A stretch of 64,000 nucleotides of DNA from Lama glama (Eukaryota). Shown piece by piece: positions 24,960 through 38,830 of the stretch; positions within the stretch are counted from its first letter, which is position 1; every line of letters starts with the position of its first letter. The translations under genes and the position numbers were made by a program. The notes under the pieces are model-generated. The model was given only the letters and a program-made list of their open reading frames with translations. It did no database searches and had not been told where the DNA came from. The stretch covers positions 53,508,001-53,572,000 of the forward strand of contig CM052816.1 in assembly GCA_028534125.1 (NCBI GenBank), given 5' to 3'.

Positions 24960-25860
24960 AAATTGTTTCCTTCATCAGAGAGGAAAACAGAAGCTGTAAG
25001 AATACGCCTCCTCAATTTCCTGTTCTCCACAATGACTTTCTATGTTTGTATGTACCACCAATATTCCTAACTGCTTATCGGTGAGAAGGCAGACTCTCTC
25101 CTCTCAAAATTAACACTCGCATAAGAAATAGTTGCTTATATTCTATTTCCTCTGGGGCACCCTACCTACTTATTCTCTCTCCTAACATGTCTTTACCTCT
25201 TCTGCTAGGTTCTTCCTTTCAGTGTGTAAACATATGCACACTCTTATCTCCTTCCTTCCCATCAATAACAGAAGTCTCAAAGGAGGATTCTACCTCCGAT
25301 TTCTTCTACCTTCCTCTTCTCGTTCACTTCTCAATCCACTGCAACTTGGCTTATCCTCACATTCTCCTTCAGAGGTATTTCAAAGTCATGGGCAAGTCCA
25401 AAGCAAATTTCTCTAGTCTTTTTACTTTTTTTTTTTTAAATGATGTTTGACACTGAATACCCTTCTTAAACTCTTTGACCTTGGCTTCCAGACTATTACT
25501 CACTTCTACTTCTGTCAATTCTCTGATCTAGAGTGCTTCTCAGTCTCTCATTTCAAGATCCACCTCCTCTATGTCATAGTGTAAAACTGTTTTTACAGGG
25601 AAGCTCCCTAGGTGATTCTTGTATCTTCTAATATTTGAAAACCACTAACTACAAGATGAAGTTAGTTTAAATAATGTAACACAGCATATACATCTCTTCA
25701 TAATACATATATTCAATCTCTCTTCCAGCTGCTCTAAAGTGGAAGAATATATCTTGCTATCTCTACTTTTAATTTTACTCTGCCTAAAATGCCCAACGCA
25801 ATCCTCTTTTCAGCCTGGCAAACATGTACTCAGCTTTTAAGATCAGTCACTAAGTCCATT
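24960..25860 (+). mobile_element. L2 remnant with a small MER5-like piece near 25590-25645
   Basis: ctcaatccactgcaacttggctt...ccttggcttccagacta; aagctccctaggtgattctt...tttgaaaaccact. Confidence 0.5.
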
Positions 25861-25867
25861 CTCCTTT

Positions 25868-26165
25868 CACACAGAGGACAGTTAAGCTCCACCTCTTAGA
25901 TGGAGTAGAATCCACAATTATTATCTGGAAGTGTTCTGTAAGGAAGATTTGTTCCTTCTGCTTTATTTATTAATCATTTGTTTATATCAGTATGGACTCA
26001 GATATTTATTTTATTCTTTATGTTAAAATTAAACACTGTGATTATTTTGTTGCTCAAATTGTTCAGCTTTAGTTTTTCAGAATTTGTTTGCTTAAGCACT
26101 TGATCTCCAGTCATCTTGTATTTTCCCTACCCCAGCCCTAGAATCAGTCATTACTTCAAAGAGCA
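25868..26165 (-). mobile_element. L1MC-like 3' fragment
   Basis: tcatttgtttatatcagtatggactcagatattta...ttattttgttgctcaaattgttc...ccccagccctagaatcagtcatt. Confidence 0.65.
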
Positions 26166-26815
26166 AAAAAGCAGATTTTAATGGTTCATAAATAGTATTT
26201 TCTATATCAACCAGATTTAAATTAAATGGTTCTACCTTTAGAGTGTTTCTATCGGTAATATATTATGCCAAAGTTTGTACTTGCTTAATGACCATAACAC
26301 TTAGAAAAATTACCAAACACCAACAAAAAAAAGCAATGACAACAAAGCCCACAATATAAAATACTTTTTAAGTTAATACTAAATAGAAACCCCATGTATG
26401 CTTCATCTCTCCAGACTCATTAGGTAAATAAATATCACTTTTAATAATTTTTTTTCTGTTCTGAAGTAAATATGTCTAAAATATATTTCTACTTCCCCAT
26501 CCCTCTGGTAGAAAATAAAGACTACAACTTAATATTTTCTTCTTTTTTGTTAACCTTTTTTCTTTATTTTGTGTGTACCAAGAAAACAGAATAACAGAAT
26601 GGTGAAAATTATGTGTAATATATACTCTGAATAAGGGCTTCATAAATAGAATAATGTCTTAAAGGCTTTACAACAGCTATTTCAGTTACCAGGGGGATCT
26701 TTCTACTTAGTTCCAAACCCACAGATACAGTCTAGAATCTGAAAATGCCTAATAATAACCTCTCAGAAACCTATTAGAGGGTAAAGAATATATTTTAAAA
26801 ATTAAGCAGCCTAGT

Positions 26816-26950
26816 GGGGAGGGTATAGCTCAGTGGTACAGCATGTGATTAGCATGCACAAGGTCCCGAGTTCAGTCCCCAGTGCTTCCATTAAAAAAAA
26901 AAAGTTATTAAATAAACCAAATTACCTCCCCCACAAAAAAATCTGCAAAA
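26816..26950 (+). mobile_element. tRNA-derived SINE (vic-1-like) with 16-bp TSD
   Basis: ggggagggtatagctcagtggtacagcatg...; TSD aaaaattaagcagcct (26797-26812) / aaaaattaagcggcct (26951-26966). Confidence 0.9.
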
Positions 26951-28529
26951 AAAAATTAAGCGGCCTTACTAAGAAAATTCTTCTAAAATACTGGTTTCAG
27001 ATACAAACTGAGGGATGTAAAAATTGGTTCGCCTTCCTCCTTTACATGTACAATTAGTACATATAAATGCACAGTCAGTATACTAAATTGATAAAATGGA
27101 AACCTCAGAGTCTTTGAAACTTATTTTTTCTACTTTTAGTCTTTAAGGAGGCTAAAGACTTTGCCTTATTTGGTCAACCAACATTTCTGTTTCAAGACAA
27201 GAAGACAGTAAAACTCATTTCATTGTATACTTACCATGTGTTAGTATAATCATTTTAAAACACTTCAAATTTCTCTGAGATATAAACTCCATAGGCCAGC
27301 ACTTACTGTACTATCTGACTCTTCCCCCAAGAATGCATAAATCTTCCTCTATCTAGTCTCTTATCTGTCCAAATTATAACAAACATAAAATCAGTCAAAT
27401 TCAAAATTTTTAAAGGTTGCCTCATTTTTAACTATACAAGCAATCACTGGAAATACAGTTCTTCATACCACAATAGTATAAAAAAATGAATCTGACTACC
27501 CTGTAAAAACAAATTTTACAGTATGGCGTTGCATTCCCTGCCAAAAGCCTAAAATGTATTAAAGATTTATATGCAAAAAAACTGAGGTAGTCACAGTGCA
27601 AGAAATCATATTAAGTATAAATAATTTCTCATATACTAAGTAGTATAAAGTTCTGTAAAGTGTAATTAACAAACGTGAACAATACAATCATCAAATGAAT
27701 ATCAAATTCATTTGAGTTGCTTCAGGAAAGAGCCAGGTAAGGCTGTGAAGCTCTCAAAGGGCCAGATACCCACGCCCCTCCTCAATCCCCAGTGGAAGGC
27801 TATATCAGAGCCAGAATCAGAAAAATGTCTAGGACAAAAAACATCATTGGGAGTGTAAACAACATTTATTGGCATCCAAAACCAAATGTGATGGGTCTTG
27901 TATGCAGAAAGAGATTAGGAAGCAGACTATTTAAATAACCCAGCTTATACATAGTCATTTTAAGCCAAAGAAGAAAAACTAAAACTATAGCTAGAAAAAC
28001 ACTATCAATTAATTTAAGCTAAGCAGTCTTAAATTGTAATCTGCCTCGGTTTACAGTGAAGTATCTGTGGTATTATTAGTATTTATTCATAATAAATTCA
28101 ACTAAATAATCTATTTCTTCATCAGAATAAATAACTAAGTTATAAAAGTTTCCCACTGCTTGCCATCCTGGCCCTTCCAGATCAAAGCCTATTGCAAAAC
28201 TTAATCTCGAATAAGCCATTTGTTTTCGGTTCAATGTCTTCAAATAACATACTTGCAAGTTACAGCACACCCTTCATAAAAAAGTTCTTCCCTAATATAT
28301 TACTGAAAATTTCAGAAAATAGATTCATATGAACTTTATAAAGTTTATTTCACATTACATACAATATCAGATATTAATTAGGACTACAGTTTGGGGAAAC
28401 AGAGAAGACAAGCTTTTCATTATTTCAAAAGGGCAAACAGAAATTTTACATTTAACCACAATAAATGGGTACAACTTAGCTAAAGTACTAAACATTTTAC
28501 CTTTGATAACATTTTACCTTTGATAACTC

Positions 28530-28705
28530 AGCAATATAGCTTTATAGTCAAACTTGGGTTTGAATCGCAACTCCCAGTTAAAGTTGTGTAACTTAAAGGA
28601 AAATTTAGACCTAAACCTGAGATTTTTTTAATTTGCAAATTGGGAGTAACAGTGGAATCTACCTCTATATGAATGAAATAATACATGTAAAGTGCTTAGC
28701 AGGGG
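28530..28705 (+). mobile_element. MIR remnant
   Basis: gtcaaacttgggtttgaatc...tttgcaaattggga...aataatacatgtaaagtgcttagca. Confidence 0.65.
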
Positions 28706-29399
28706 ATGTATATGCACATAGGGAACAATGTACAATATTACTTGCTGATACCTCTATTACACGAGTACAACACTGCACTGCAAACAGTTTTGCTCACAGA
28801 AGTAGTATTCTGCTTACAGAAGGAACATGTGGCTTCTGGTAAGATCTTGAAAAATCTCTGGGACATGGCTGGTAACTTCATTACTATCAGAATCAAGTAA
28901 TACATAAAATTCTTGATGATGCAGATGATATAAAAGGAGCCTAGGAAATACAGCTGCTTTCCTTGTCTTAGTTACTTTGAGATGCAAGACTATCTAGACA
29001 GCCCCATTTTCCCTCTAATAATTTTGTGCCAGATACAATGCTTTCTCCAAGAACAGAGGTCCCATAGGTAGGCTTTAAAAGGCAGCACCATGAACCCACC
29101 CAAATTGTGCATAAAATTTTGCATGTGTGTATTTTTCTTAGGAAGAGGACTCACAGATTTTCGATTCATAATGGAGGCATAAAATCTATTAAAATCACTC
29201 ACTAACCTAAATGAAAAATCTTAGGACTGGGATGGAAGAGACCCTAGACCTTGTCTTCTTTCAGCTGTGTTCCTCTAAAAGCAGAGGGGCATAATAAAAA
29301 GTTCGCATGTAATGAAATTTTGATCTTGGACAATTTTACACCTGGTCCACAACCTGGGTTCAACCTCTGGACCTTCTATACTTAAATGACTCCATATTT

Positions 29400-29630
29400 T
29401 GTAATAACAGCTAGCGTGTTCAACATTACATGTGAGGAACCATGGCAAACACATGCATTACCCATTTAATGCTTACATTATCCCCATGAGGTAGGCACTA
29501 ATACTGACTCCATTTTACTGACGAATAAACAGATTTAGAGAGATTATTAAGTGATCCAAAAACTGGGCTAGTAACACAAATGTTGAGATCTGTCTATGTA
29601 TCTGCAAAGCTGATATTTTGAACCATGTGA
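29400..29630 (-). mobile_element. MIR remnant
   Basis: catttaatgcttacattatccccatgaggtaggcact...ccattttactgacgaataaacag. Confidence 0.65.
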
Positions 29631-30567
29631 TAAAACTATCTCCAGGATTTTATTATTTCAGTTCTATCTTGTCCAAGAAAGCTGATTAATAATCAATAGA
29701 ATACCACTATCTAAATTGAATTAATCCCAAATGGTCAGTGTAGTCTTTCTTGTATGAAGATTCTGAATTTTCTTTTCATTTGTAGTAATTCAGGTTCTTT
29801 AAAATACTCCCTTCTAGAAAGATTCAGAAATGATACAATAGACAAAATAATATTTTGCAGCTAATAAGAAAATAAAACCCAAAACTTACAGAAACTTCTA
29901 CTTGATTAGTCAAAGATTTTCTTGAGTGACAACTAAAATCTCATATGTGAATTGTCATTCAATTTGAAATGAACTTTAGAACAGCTAAAGTCAGCCAATA
30001 GCCAACCATTTTCAAATTATGTTTGAATAACAAAACTAATTAATTTAAAGCAAAACAGAAGTCAACATTAGAGATCTGAGGTCACAATTAAACTGTTTTC
30101 ATCATATTATATAAGGCTATGCTCTTACCAAAACAACTTAACAATGTATATTTTTTCCTACAAATATACCTCTAAAACACTTCTGTCAACAGAGAATACT
30201 AAACAATAGTACAGCTTGAGTTCTGACACAACTAGAATATATTTCATCAGAAATCTTGCCTTTTGCCTTCTGTCCCAAAGAACAGTTTACTTATTAACAG
30301 TGGATTGCCTGACATACCCCTCTCAGTCCCCACCCCCGCCCAAAGACACACTGAAAAACTAGCAACAGAAAAGGCATGTCCATTTCCATACATACTGTCT
30401 ATATTATCTTCAAAAAATGCCCAGCTTTGAACAAGAACTTGTAAGGCATGAAAAAAAAAAACACAAGAAAAAAAACCTGACAAGACAAAGCAATCAGAAG
30501 AAACTGACTCAGATAGAACTAGGCATAACTCACATGTTAGCACTGTAAGATAAGAAATGTAAAATAC

Positions 30568-30872
30568 TCAAAGGGAGCAGGATCCTATGGCCACCCCCTC
30601 GAATGCCTGCCTCTTGTTTCCAGATAAGCTGAAGTCTCCCAGGCCTCCCTAAGTCATAGAAGAGCAGGCTCAAGCACTTGATTAGGACAAGCCTGCTAGC
30701 ATTGGGGGATGGTGATGACTCTGACCACCTATCTCAATGATTAACTGAGATTATTCCTTCATTTCCCTTTAAAACTTTCATGGCTGAACAGAATCTTTGG
30801 AGACGTTTTTTGGAGGGAGGATGCTGGGTCCACCAGATTGCAGACATTCTGGTTAAAAGCAGTTTCTCTTTT
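30568..30872 (+). mobile_element. ERV LTR fragment A (U3/R part)
   Basis: GC-richer block that interrupts the L1; ccctttaaaa TATA-like box and ggttaaaagc polyA-like signal; its 3' end is missing. Confidence 0.6.
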
Positions 30873-31455
30873 TGTTACTAAGGCTGTTGCCCCCAGGATC
30901 ATACCCCTGCCCCTCTCTTGACTAGAAACCTTTACTTTTATCTAAGTCTCAAGAAGCAGCTGCAGAGAAAAAACAACTGGTTAGAACCCAGTCCAAGATG
31001 GTGGACCCTGAGCCTCATTATAAGCCCATTGTAATGTATTAGCATGCTAAGTGACCCACCCACCAGCGCCATGACAGCTGACGACTGCTATAACAACCAA
31101 AAAAGACCATATAAGGACTGAAAAACTCGAACAAGGACTGAATGGCTCTATCACACCCAAAGGGAGGACATGATGGAAGAAGCCTCCCATAAAAGTCCAC
31201 GTGGATGGACCTGGGCCGGAGATGTCTCTACTAGCCATCCTGGCTGACAGCTCCCTGCTCAAGCGCCTTTTCTTTGCTCGAGTGCTTTTCTTTCCTTCTC
31301 CCTCCTCAAGCGCTTTCTGTTCTTTTCCTCTTTTGATAAAAAAAAGCAGTTTCGCGCCGTCCTCCTGTCTCTGCTGTGTGAATTCTCTCACAGCTGGAGG
31401 CAAGAAGCCACACTTGGTGGGCTTCCTAATTTAGTGGTCCCTCCATCCACTAACA
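30873..31455 (+). mobile_element. ERV solo LTR B (583 bp)
   Basis: TGTTA...TAACA inverted termini, caagatgg motif, cataaaa TATA-like box (~31188), gataaaa polyA-like signal (~31336), U5-like tgaattctctc...aggcaagaa; retains CpGs. Confidence 0.8.
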
Positions 31456-33244
31456 TAACTATTATTAATATGTTCATGATTCCAGTCAAAAAGGTAGATA
31501 AGGAGAAGATGACTCTCAGCATATATGTAAGCTATAGAAAGTAACCAAATGAATACAGTAGAAGTGAATAACATGACATGAATACCTTTGACAAGCTCAT
31601 CAATACACTCAATACAGCTGAGGGTGAACCTGAAGATAGAAACTACACAAAATGAAATACAAGGATAAAAAAAGAGTGAAGAAAAAAGAACAGAGTACCC
31701 AAGAGCTGAAGACAATATCAGTCAGACATACAAGTAATAGGAATTCCAGAAAGCAAGAAAAGAAAAAGTGGCAGACTTACGTGAACAGTAATGACTGAGA
31801 ATTTTCCAAAATTAATGAAACACTTCAAACAACAAATCCAAGAACATCAGACAGCACTAAAGATACACATCAAAATACACACACACACACACCCATAATC
31901 AAAATGCCCAAAATCAGAAATAAAGAAAAATCTTCAAGGCATCAAGAGAAAAAAATACAGAGTAAAGAATAAAACAGAGTAAGAATAAAAATTATACCAG
32001 ATACCTCATCAAAACCTCTGCAAGTCAGAACATATTAAAGTGATGTTTAAAGTACTGGGGGAAAAAACCCCTGCAAACCCAAAATTCTATACCCATTGAA
32101 AATATCTTTCAAAAATGAAAAACTAAAGGACTGGTTACTGGCAGGCCTATACTAAAATATATTTATTTTAAGGAAATTCTTCTGGCAATACAATTACGAA
32201 AGGAGACAGAAACAGGGATCTAAACGAGAAAATGAAAAGTGCTGAAATGGTATTAATGAAGGCAAGTATAAATTCATTTCTATTTTTAATTTTTGTAAGA
32301 GACAACTGTCAGAAGCAAAAGTAATAGCAATGTACTGTGTTTCTAGTATATAAAAAATAAAATATCTAATAAAAATAGTGCAAAGGATGGGGGAAGAAAA
32401 TGGGAGTAATCTTTCGGGAGATCTTTATAATACACATGAATAAGACTATTATAATTTGGACATAGACCAAGATTAATTAAAAATGTATACTGTAAAAACT
32501 CAGGCATCACTGAAAAAGGTTTTGGTAAGAGGTATAAATAATGAAGACATAGAACATAAAAATCATTTACAAATACTCAGCTGATCCAGAAGAAGGCAAA
32601 AGGGAATGAAAAATAACAGTTGGAACAAACAGAAAATAGCTTGTAAAAAGACAGATCTTAATCTAATCATGTCAATAAATGTAAATGACATAAATACACA
32701 ATTAATGTAGACTGACAACTTGGATGCAAAAGCAAGACCTAAATAAAGGTTGCCTCCCAGAAAAGTCAATATAAATATAAAAACATTAATAGGTTAAAAG
32801 TAAAATAGATTAAAGATATAATATACAAACATGAATCAAAAAAAAGCTGAAGTAGTTGAATAATATCAGATAAAATAGATGACAGGAAATAGATTATCAC
32901 TAGGGGTAAAGAGGGGCATTACATACTGATAAAGAAGTCAAAGCACAAAGAAAACGTATCATAAATACATATCTACTTAACAAGACTGTCCAATCACATG
33001 AAAATAGAACTAAAAGAAGAAATAGAAAAATCCACAATTAAAGTTGGAAATTTCACCATATCTCTCTCAGGAAAACTGACAAAACAAGTAGACAAAAAAA
33101 TCAGTATGGGCACAAAAGACTTGAACAACACTATCAACCATTTTGACTACACTGATATTTACAGAACATTTCACCCGATCAAAGCAGAATATACATCCTT
33201 CCAAGTGCACACAGAAGAAACTGTTAGTCTCAAAGTTTTTAAGT

Positions 33245-33420
33245 CCCCAGCATTGCTACATTTTATACGGGTTTTCACATCAGCTTCTGCCCTCAATGTA
33301 TGTTATTATGGTTGAAAATTAAGAAAATCAGCTTCATACAGATATAGAGTCAGAAAAGGGAGAAACTTAAGCTCCCTGAAAGGAGAATACCTAGGGTCCT
33401 TTCATCACACTTAGAAAAAC
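33245..33420. mobile_element. hAT-Charlie (MER33-like) remnant
   Basis: aagaaaatcagcttcatacagatatagagtcagaaaagggag motif. Confidence 0.4.
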
Positions 33421-33570
33421 TATTATGAAATAAGCCACATAAAAATTAACAGGTCATTTTCCTTCTCGTCATTCTCAACACTGAGCTGGTACAGAAATTT
33501 GTAACAAATAGTAAGCTCTTAACTACTCTGGTTAAACAATTATTCAAGAAATCAACATTGCTAGTAAATA

Positions 33571-33794
33571 TAACTGACCTTTGAACAATGGATTATGGGC
33601 ACTAACTGCCTCTCCACCCCATCTCAGTCAAAAATCTGCACATAACTTTACAATCAGCTCTCTATATCCACGGTTCCACATTCACAGGTTCAACCAACTG
33701 GGGACCATGTAGTACTGTAGTAGTATTTACTGAATAAAATCCACATATAAACAGAACCAAGCAGTTCAAACCCATCTTGTTCAAGGTTCAACTG
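33571..33794 (-). mobile_element. Tigger2-family MITE (224 bp)
   Basis: TA|taactgacctttgaacaa ... ttgttcaaggttcaactg|TA inverted termini; gcagttcaaaccc and aaaatccacatataa subterminal motifs. Confidence 0.8.
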
Positions 33795-34539
33795 TATTCT
33801 AAGATAAATTAACCCACTGAATGGAGATCATTGTTACCTAGATTCTCTACAAATTAAATAATAATGTAAGTATAACAAAGTAGAAAGGAGCACAGAAGCC
33901 CTAAATTTCTAGTCTGAAGGCCTAGGTGAAAATCTCAGCAATTAATGACCCACTGGAAAGATAATTAATATTAAACAGTATAAAGTACTGAGTGTGACTT
34001 ATAGACTCTAAAGCACTATATAGTCATATGCACATGTAGGAAACTATAAATAGTAGGTTCTTCTTACAGGTATAAAAAGAATATTATCTTTCCTTAGGAT
34101 AAATTTAATTTGAGACTTTGCTTTGGAATCAAATAAGAAAAATTCTTTTTTTCTGGTTATACAGAGAAGATGAAAAAGTTAACTATAAAAGGTGGTATTT
34201 TAAGTTACATTAAACTAACTTGACTTTTTAAAAAACATAAAAATGAACTAATAGCAATTCTCAAGTTCTGAATTTTTTTTACCCTTAAAATCAAATATAA
34301 AATATGTTTTTATAGAACAAATTTACTTGACTTCCTGGTTCATACACTAGTATAGCATCTTTAAGATGTTAAAATGGAGTTATAGTTCAATTACATTTAA
34401 TTTCTAATTTCAATTAGCAAAATATTCTAAAATAAAAGGTGCAATATCCCCACAGATATTAAGTATGTTATAAAGAAAAAAGACCAAAAAAATATAATTT
34501 ACTGCCCAGAGATAGCTTATTTTTAAAAAGTATAACTGG

Positions 34540-36490
34540 AAGAAGCTTAGAAGTAGCCAGTCAACCTAACTACAAACAAAAAGCTGAACAAAGTGAAAAA
34601 TTAACAGCTCTCTGAAATGTGAAAGAGAAGTGAAGTCAGAGGGCAAACTGAAACTCCAAAATTGGAAAGTCAGGTGGATACAGAGAATTAAAACTTCCTA
34701 GAGCAAAAACCCAGAAGCAGAAACCTCTGCAGGAACCAGTAGGGACACCTGAACTATAGCTGACCTTAACTCCAGAGCAGCAAAGATAAGCACACGTCTG
34801 CCATCTTTTCAGAAATCATGCAAACAAGAAGTGCAAACACTTAGTGTTTGTGGAAAAAACTCACCAACCTAAAATTCTGAACCCTGAAAAATTTTTCTTT
34901 GAAAGTGAAAGACAAAAAAAAGACTTTCTCAAATAACAAAAATTGATGGAATCTATTGCTTTGGGGGTTTTTTTCTTTTTTTGGATGCAATTGACATTTA
35001 TTGCACACTCCACTTCAAACCTAACACCAGCAGAAAATAGTCTCAATATACATAGGAGGATTAAAATCATGCAAACTATATTTTCTACAGTAAAATTAAA
35101 TTTTAGGTAATCAATAACATAAAACTATCTGGGATATTGCTAAATATTTGAAAACTTAAATAACACAATTCTAAGTAACATGAATCAAAGAAGAAATGCA
35201 AAAAGAAATTGGAAATTATTTTGGAACTGAATGAAACTAAAAACACAATATATAACTATTTTGTGGAATGTTACTAAGGTAGTTATTAGAAGACAATTTG
35301 TAATAAGCCTTAGAAAGGAACAGAGGTCTCAAATCAGTGACCTCAGATTCTACCTTGAGAAATTTTTTAAAAATAAATATAGACTATAAACAGGAAAAAA
35401 ATAGAAGATCGGAGTAGAAATTGAAGAAAAAGAAAATCAAAAATAGACAAATCATACCAAATGTTAGCTTTTTCAAGAGATCAGTTCTTTAGAGAGAAGG
35501 AAAATGTAAGAAACTAAGATCTACATAAAAAGCACTGAAGAAGGAATAAGTGAAGATAAACTAAAAACTTTTTTCTAATTCTCATCTAAATTTGTTCAAA
35601 ACAATAACTATAACACTGTATTCAATTAAACATGCATGTGTGAGTGTGTGCCTGTGTATTCATGTATAAGTAAAATGAATGACACCAATGACAAAAAGGA
35701 AAAAAGGGAAGAATTAGGATTATTTTGATATTACAGGGTACTCATACTACCCAAGTAGTAGTTTAGTGTTATTTAAAAGTGGACATGGATTAGTTGTAAA
35801 TGTGTATCATAAACTCTAGGAATCAACAGGTGCAGAAAAAGCATTTGACAAAATCCAACACTTATTCATGATATCAACTCTCCGTAAACTAGGAAAAGAG
35901 GGAGAACTTCAACTTGATTAAGATTATCTACAGAAATATACAGCTAACACCACACTTCATGATGAGAAACAAGCAGCTTTCCCTCTAAGACAAAGAACAA
36001 GGCAAGGACAACCCCTACCACAGCCTTCAGTATCAGAAATCCAAGCTAATGCACTACAAGAAATGGAAATAAAAGGTATAAAGATTAGGAAGGAAGAAAT
36101 AAAACTGTCTTTGTTCACAGATGACATGACTGTGTTGTGTAGCCTGAAAGAGTTAACAAAAAAACTCCTGGAACTAATAAGCGATTATAGCAAAGTTTCA
36201 GGATACCAAGTTAATACACAAAACCCAACTGGTTTGCTATGTACAGCAGCAATGAATAAGTGAAATTTGAAATTAAAAACTGTAATACCATTTACACTAT
36301 GACCCCAAAAATGAAATACATAGGTATAAATCAAAATATGTACAAGATCTACATGAGGAAAACTACAAAACTCTGATGAAAGAAATTAAGGAAATAAATA
36401 AATGGAGAGAGACTCCATGTTCATGGATAGGAACGGTCAATACTGTCAAGATGTCAGTTCTTCCCAACTTGTTCTACAGATTTCTTTACT
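34540..36490 (+). mobile_element. Cluster of fragmented older L1 pieces (5' region, ORF1, ORF2)
   Basis: ORF 36063..36263 EIKGIKIRKEEIKLSLFTDDM..KKLLELISDYSKVSGYQVN is the L1 RT region (FADD-like); also gcagaaaaagcatttgacaaaatccaacac. Confidence 0.85.
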
Positions 36491-36547
36491 AAAAAGGAGA
36501 TGAAATGTTATGTCTGCAAAAAACCCTGCACATATAGATAGCTTTAA

Positions 36548-37595
36548 TCCCAACAAGGGGTTAATATCCAAAATATACAAAGAACTCATACAACTCAACA
36601 TCACAAAAACATACAACCCAATTTAAAACGTGCAAAGTACTTGAAAGGACGTTTCTCCAAATAAGACATAGATGGCCAACAGGTATGTGGAAACGTTCAA
36701 CATCACAAATCATCAGGGAAATGCAAATTAAAACCATCATGAAATACCAACCTCACATCTGTCAGAATGGCTAGCATCAAAAACACAACAAATAACAAGT
36801 GTTGGCAAAGATGTGGAGAAAAGGAAACCCTTGTACGTTGTTGGTAGGACTGTAAACTAGTGCAGCCACTATAGAAAACTTTTCAAAATTTTAAATAGAA
36901 CTGCCAAATAATTCACAATTTCACTTCTAGGTATTTATCCAAAGAAAACAAAAACACTAATTCAAAAAGATATATGCACACCAATATTCACTGCAGCATT
37001 ATTTATAATAGCCAAGATATAAAAGCAACCTAAGCGTCCATCAACAGGTGAAGACAGAAAGATGTGTGATACACATATGTGTGTGTGTATATGTACACAC
37101 ATACACACAATAAAATACTACTCAACCATTAAAAAACTCTTGCCATTTGTGATAGCACGGATAGATCTAGAGGGTATTATGCTAAGTGAAATAAGTCAGA
37201 GAGAGAGAGAGATGAATACCAGATGATCTCACTTATATGTGGAATCTACAAACCAACCAGCCAACCAAATAAAAACAGAATGACAGATACAGAAAACAAA
37301 TGGGTGATTGCCAGAGGGGAGGGCGATCAGGGTGGAATGAACTCAGAGAAGGGGATTAAGAGGTACAAACCTCAAAAAATAAAGAGGCTATGGGGATGTA
37401 ATGTTCACTATAAAGAATATGGTTGATAATATGGTAATAAAGTTTTATGGGGACAGATGGCTACTAGATTCATCATGGTGATCATTTCATAATGTATGCA
37501 AATATTAAATCACTATGTGGTACACCTGAAACTAACATAATATTATATGTCAACTACTTTTCATTAAAAACAAAGCACTGAAAAAAAAAAAAAAA
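36548..37595 (+). mobile_element. L1 3' end with poly(A) tail
   Basis: caacaaggggttaatatccaaaatatacaaagaactc...tacacctgaaactaacataatattatatgtcaactac...A15. Confidence 0.9.
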
Positions 37596-37599
37596 GAAA

Positions 37600-38440
37600 G
37601 CTTTTGTGCTTCCTAATGTACCACTAAGATGCCACAGACTGGGAGAAAATACATACAAATCATACAAAGGACTTGTATCCAGAATATGTAACTCTTACAA
37701 CAGAACATAAAATATAAGCTGTTGAAATTTAATAGTAAGAAGTCAAGCAGAACAAACTTGAAAATGGGCAATAAACTTCAACATTTCCTCAAAGAAGACA
37801 TACACATAGCTAATAAGTGAATAAAAAGATAGTCAACATCATTAGTAACTAGGGATATGCAAAATTAAAGCCACAGTAAAGTACTACTATACGCCCACCA
37901 GAATGGCTATAATCAAAAACACAGATAAGAAGTGCTAGTCAGGATGACCAGAAACTGGAACTCTGAACTTTGCTGGTGAGAATGTAAAATGGTACAACCA
38001 CTTTGGGAAAAAGTTTGGTAGTTTTTTGAAAATTTGAACACGTTAAACAAAAAAGGTTACAACTGAGTAATGTCCTAAGAAGCAATCCAACAGAAATAAA
38101 AACATGTCCACACAAAGACTTGCCACAAATGTTCATAACATTATTCATTAAGCCAAAAACTGAAAAGAAACCAAATGATGACTAGATAAATAAAATGTGG
38201 TATAGCTATACAATGAATGACTATTCAGCAGGTTTTAAAAAATTACTTATACATTTTACAACCTAGAGCAACCTCAAAAACATTACTCTAAGTAAAGGAA
38301 TACAGCAAAAGACTACATATTCTATGATTCCATTTCCATGAAATGTCCAGGAAAGGGAAATTTTAGAGACAGACAACAGGTCAGTAGTGGGTGGAAAGGG
38401 GGACTGATTGCAAATGGGATCCAGGGAAATGAGAAAAAGA
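37600..38440 (+). mobile_element. Old L1 3' end (L1MC/ME-like)
   Basis: gccacagactgggagaaaata...gtaaaatggtacaaccactttgggaaa...aagactacatattctatgattccattt. Confidence 0.8.
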
Positions 38441-38446
38441 TGAGAA

Positions 38447-38830
38447 CAGCAATTCTCAAACTTTTGGTCTCAGGACCTCTTTACTATTGAGCATCACAAG
38501 AACTTCTGATTATGCAGGTTATGTCTCTTGCTTTACTAAATTAGAAACTAAAACTGAAAAATAAAGCATTTAATTAATTTTCAGACAATAAATTTCTTAC
38601 AATAAAATAACATTTTAATGAAAACTGTTTTCCCCTGGGGGGAAAAAAACCAGCAAGGGTAGCATCACTTTATATCTTTCCAAACCTCTTTAATGTCTGG
38701 CTTAATAGAGGATAGCTGCATTCTCTTTTCTGCTTCTACATTCAAACTCTTCTCAGTATCACAAGTCACATGAGCCTCTGGAAAACTTGTATACTTGTAA
38801 GAGAACAAAATCTTCACGTTACTAAAACTG
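38447..38830 (+). mobile_element. hAT Charlie1-family remnant
   Basis: cagcaattctcaaacttttggtctcaggacc terminus; ctctttaatgtctggcttaatagaggatagctgcattctc internal motif. Confidence 0.75.

Larger units (their letters stand above)
30340..33230 (+). mobile_element. Old L1 5' part (ORF1, inter-ORF, ORF2 endonuclease), interrupted by LTRs
   Basis: ORF 32998..33315 KSTIKVGNFTISLS...DLNNTINHFDYTDIYRTFHP..AEYT is a degenerate L1 endonuclease; ORF1-like gagaattttccaaaattaatgaaa and caacaaatccaagaa. Confidence 0.85.

Noticed and set aside
31047..31434. 118-aa and 77-aa ORFs
   Set aside because: They lie inside a solo LTR, have low-complexity composition and resemble no protein I recognise.
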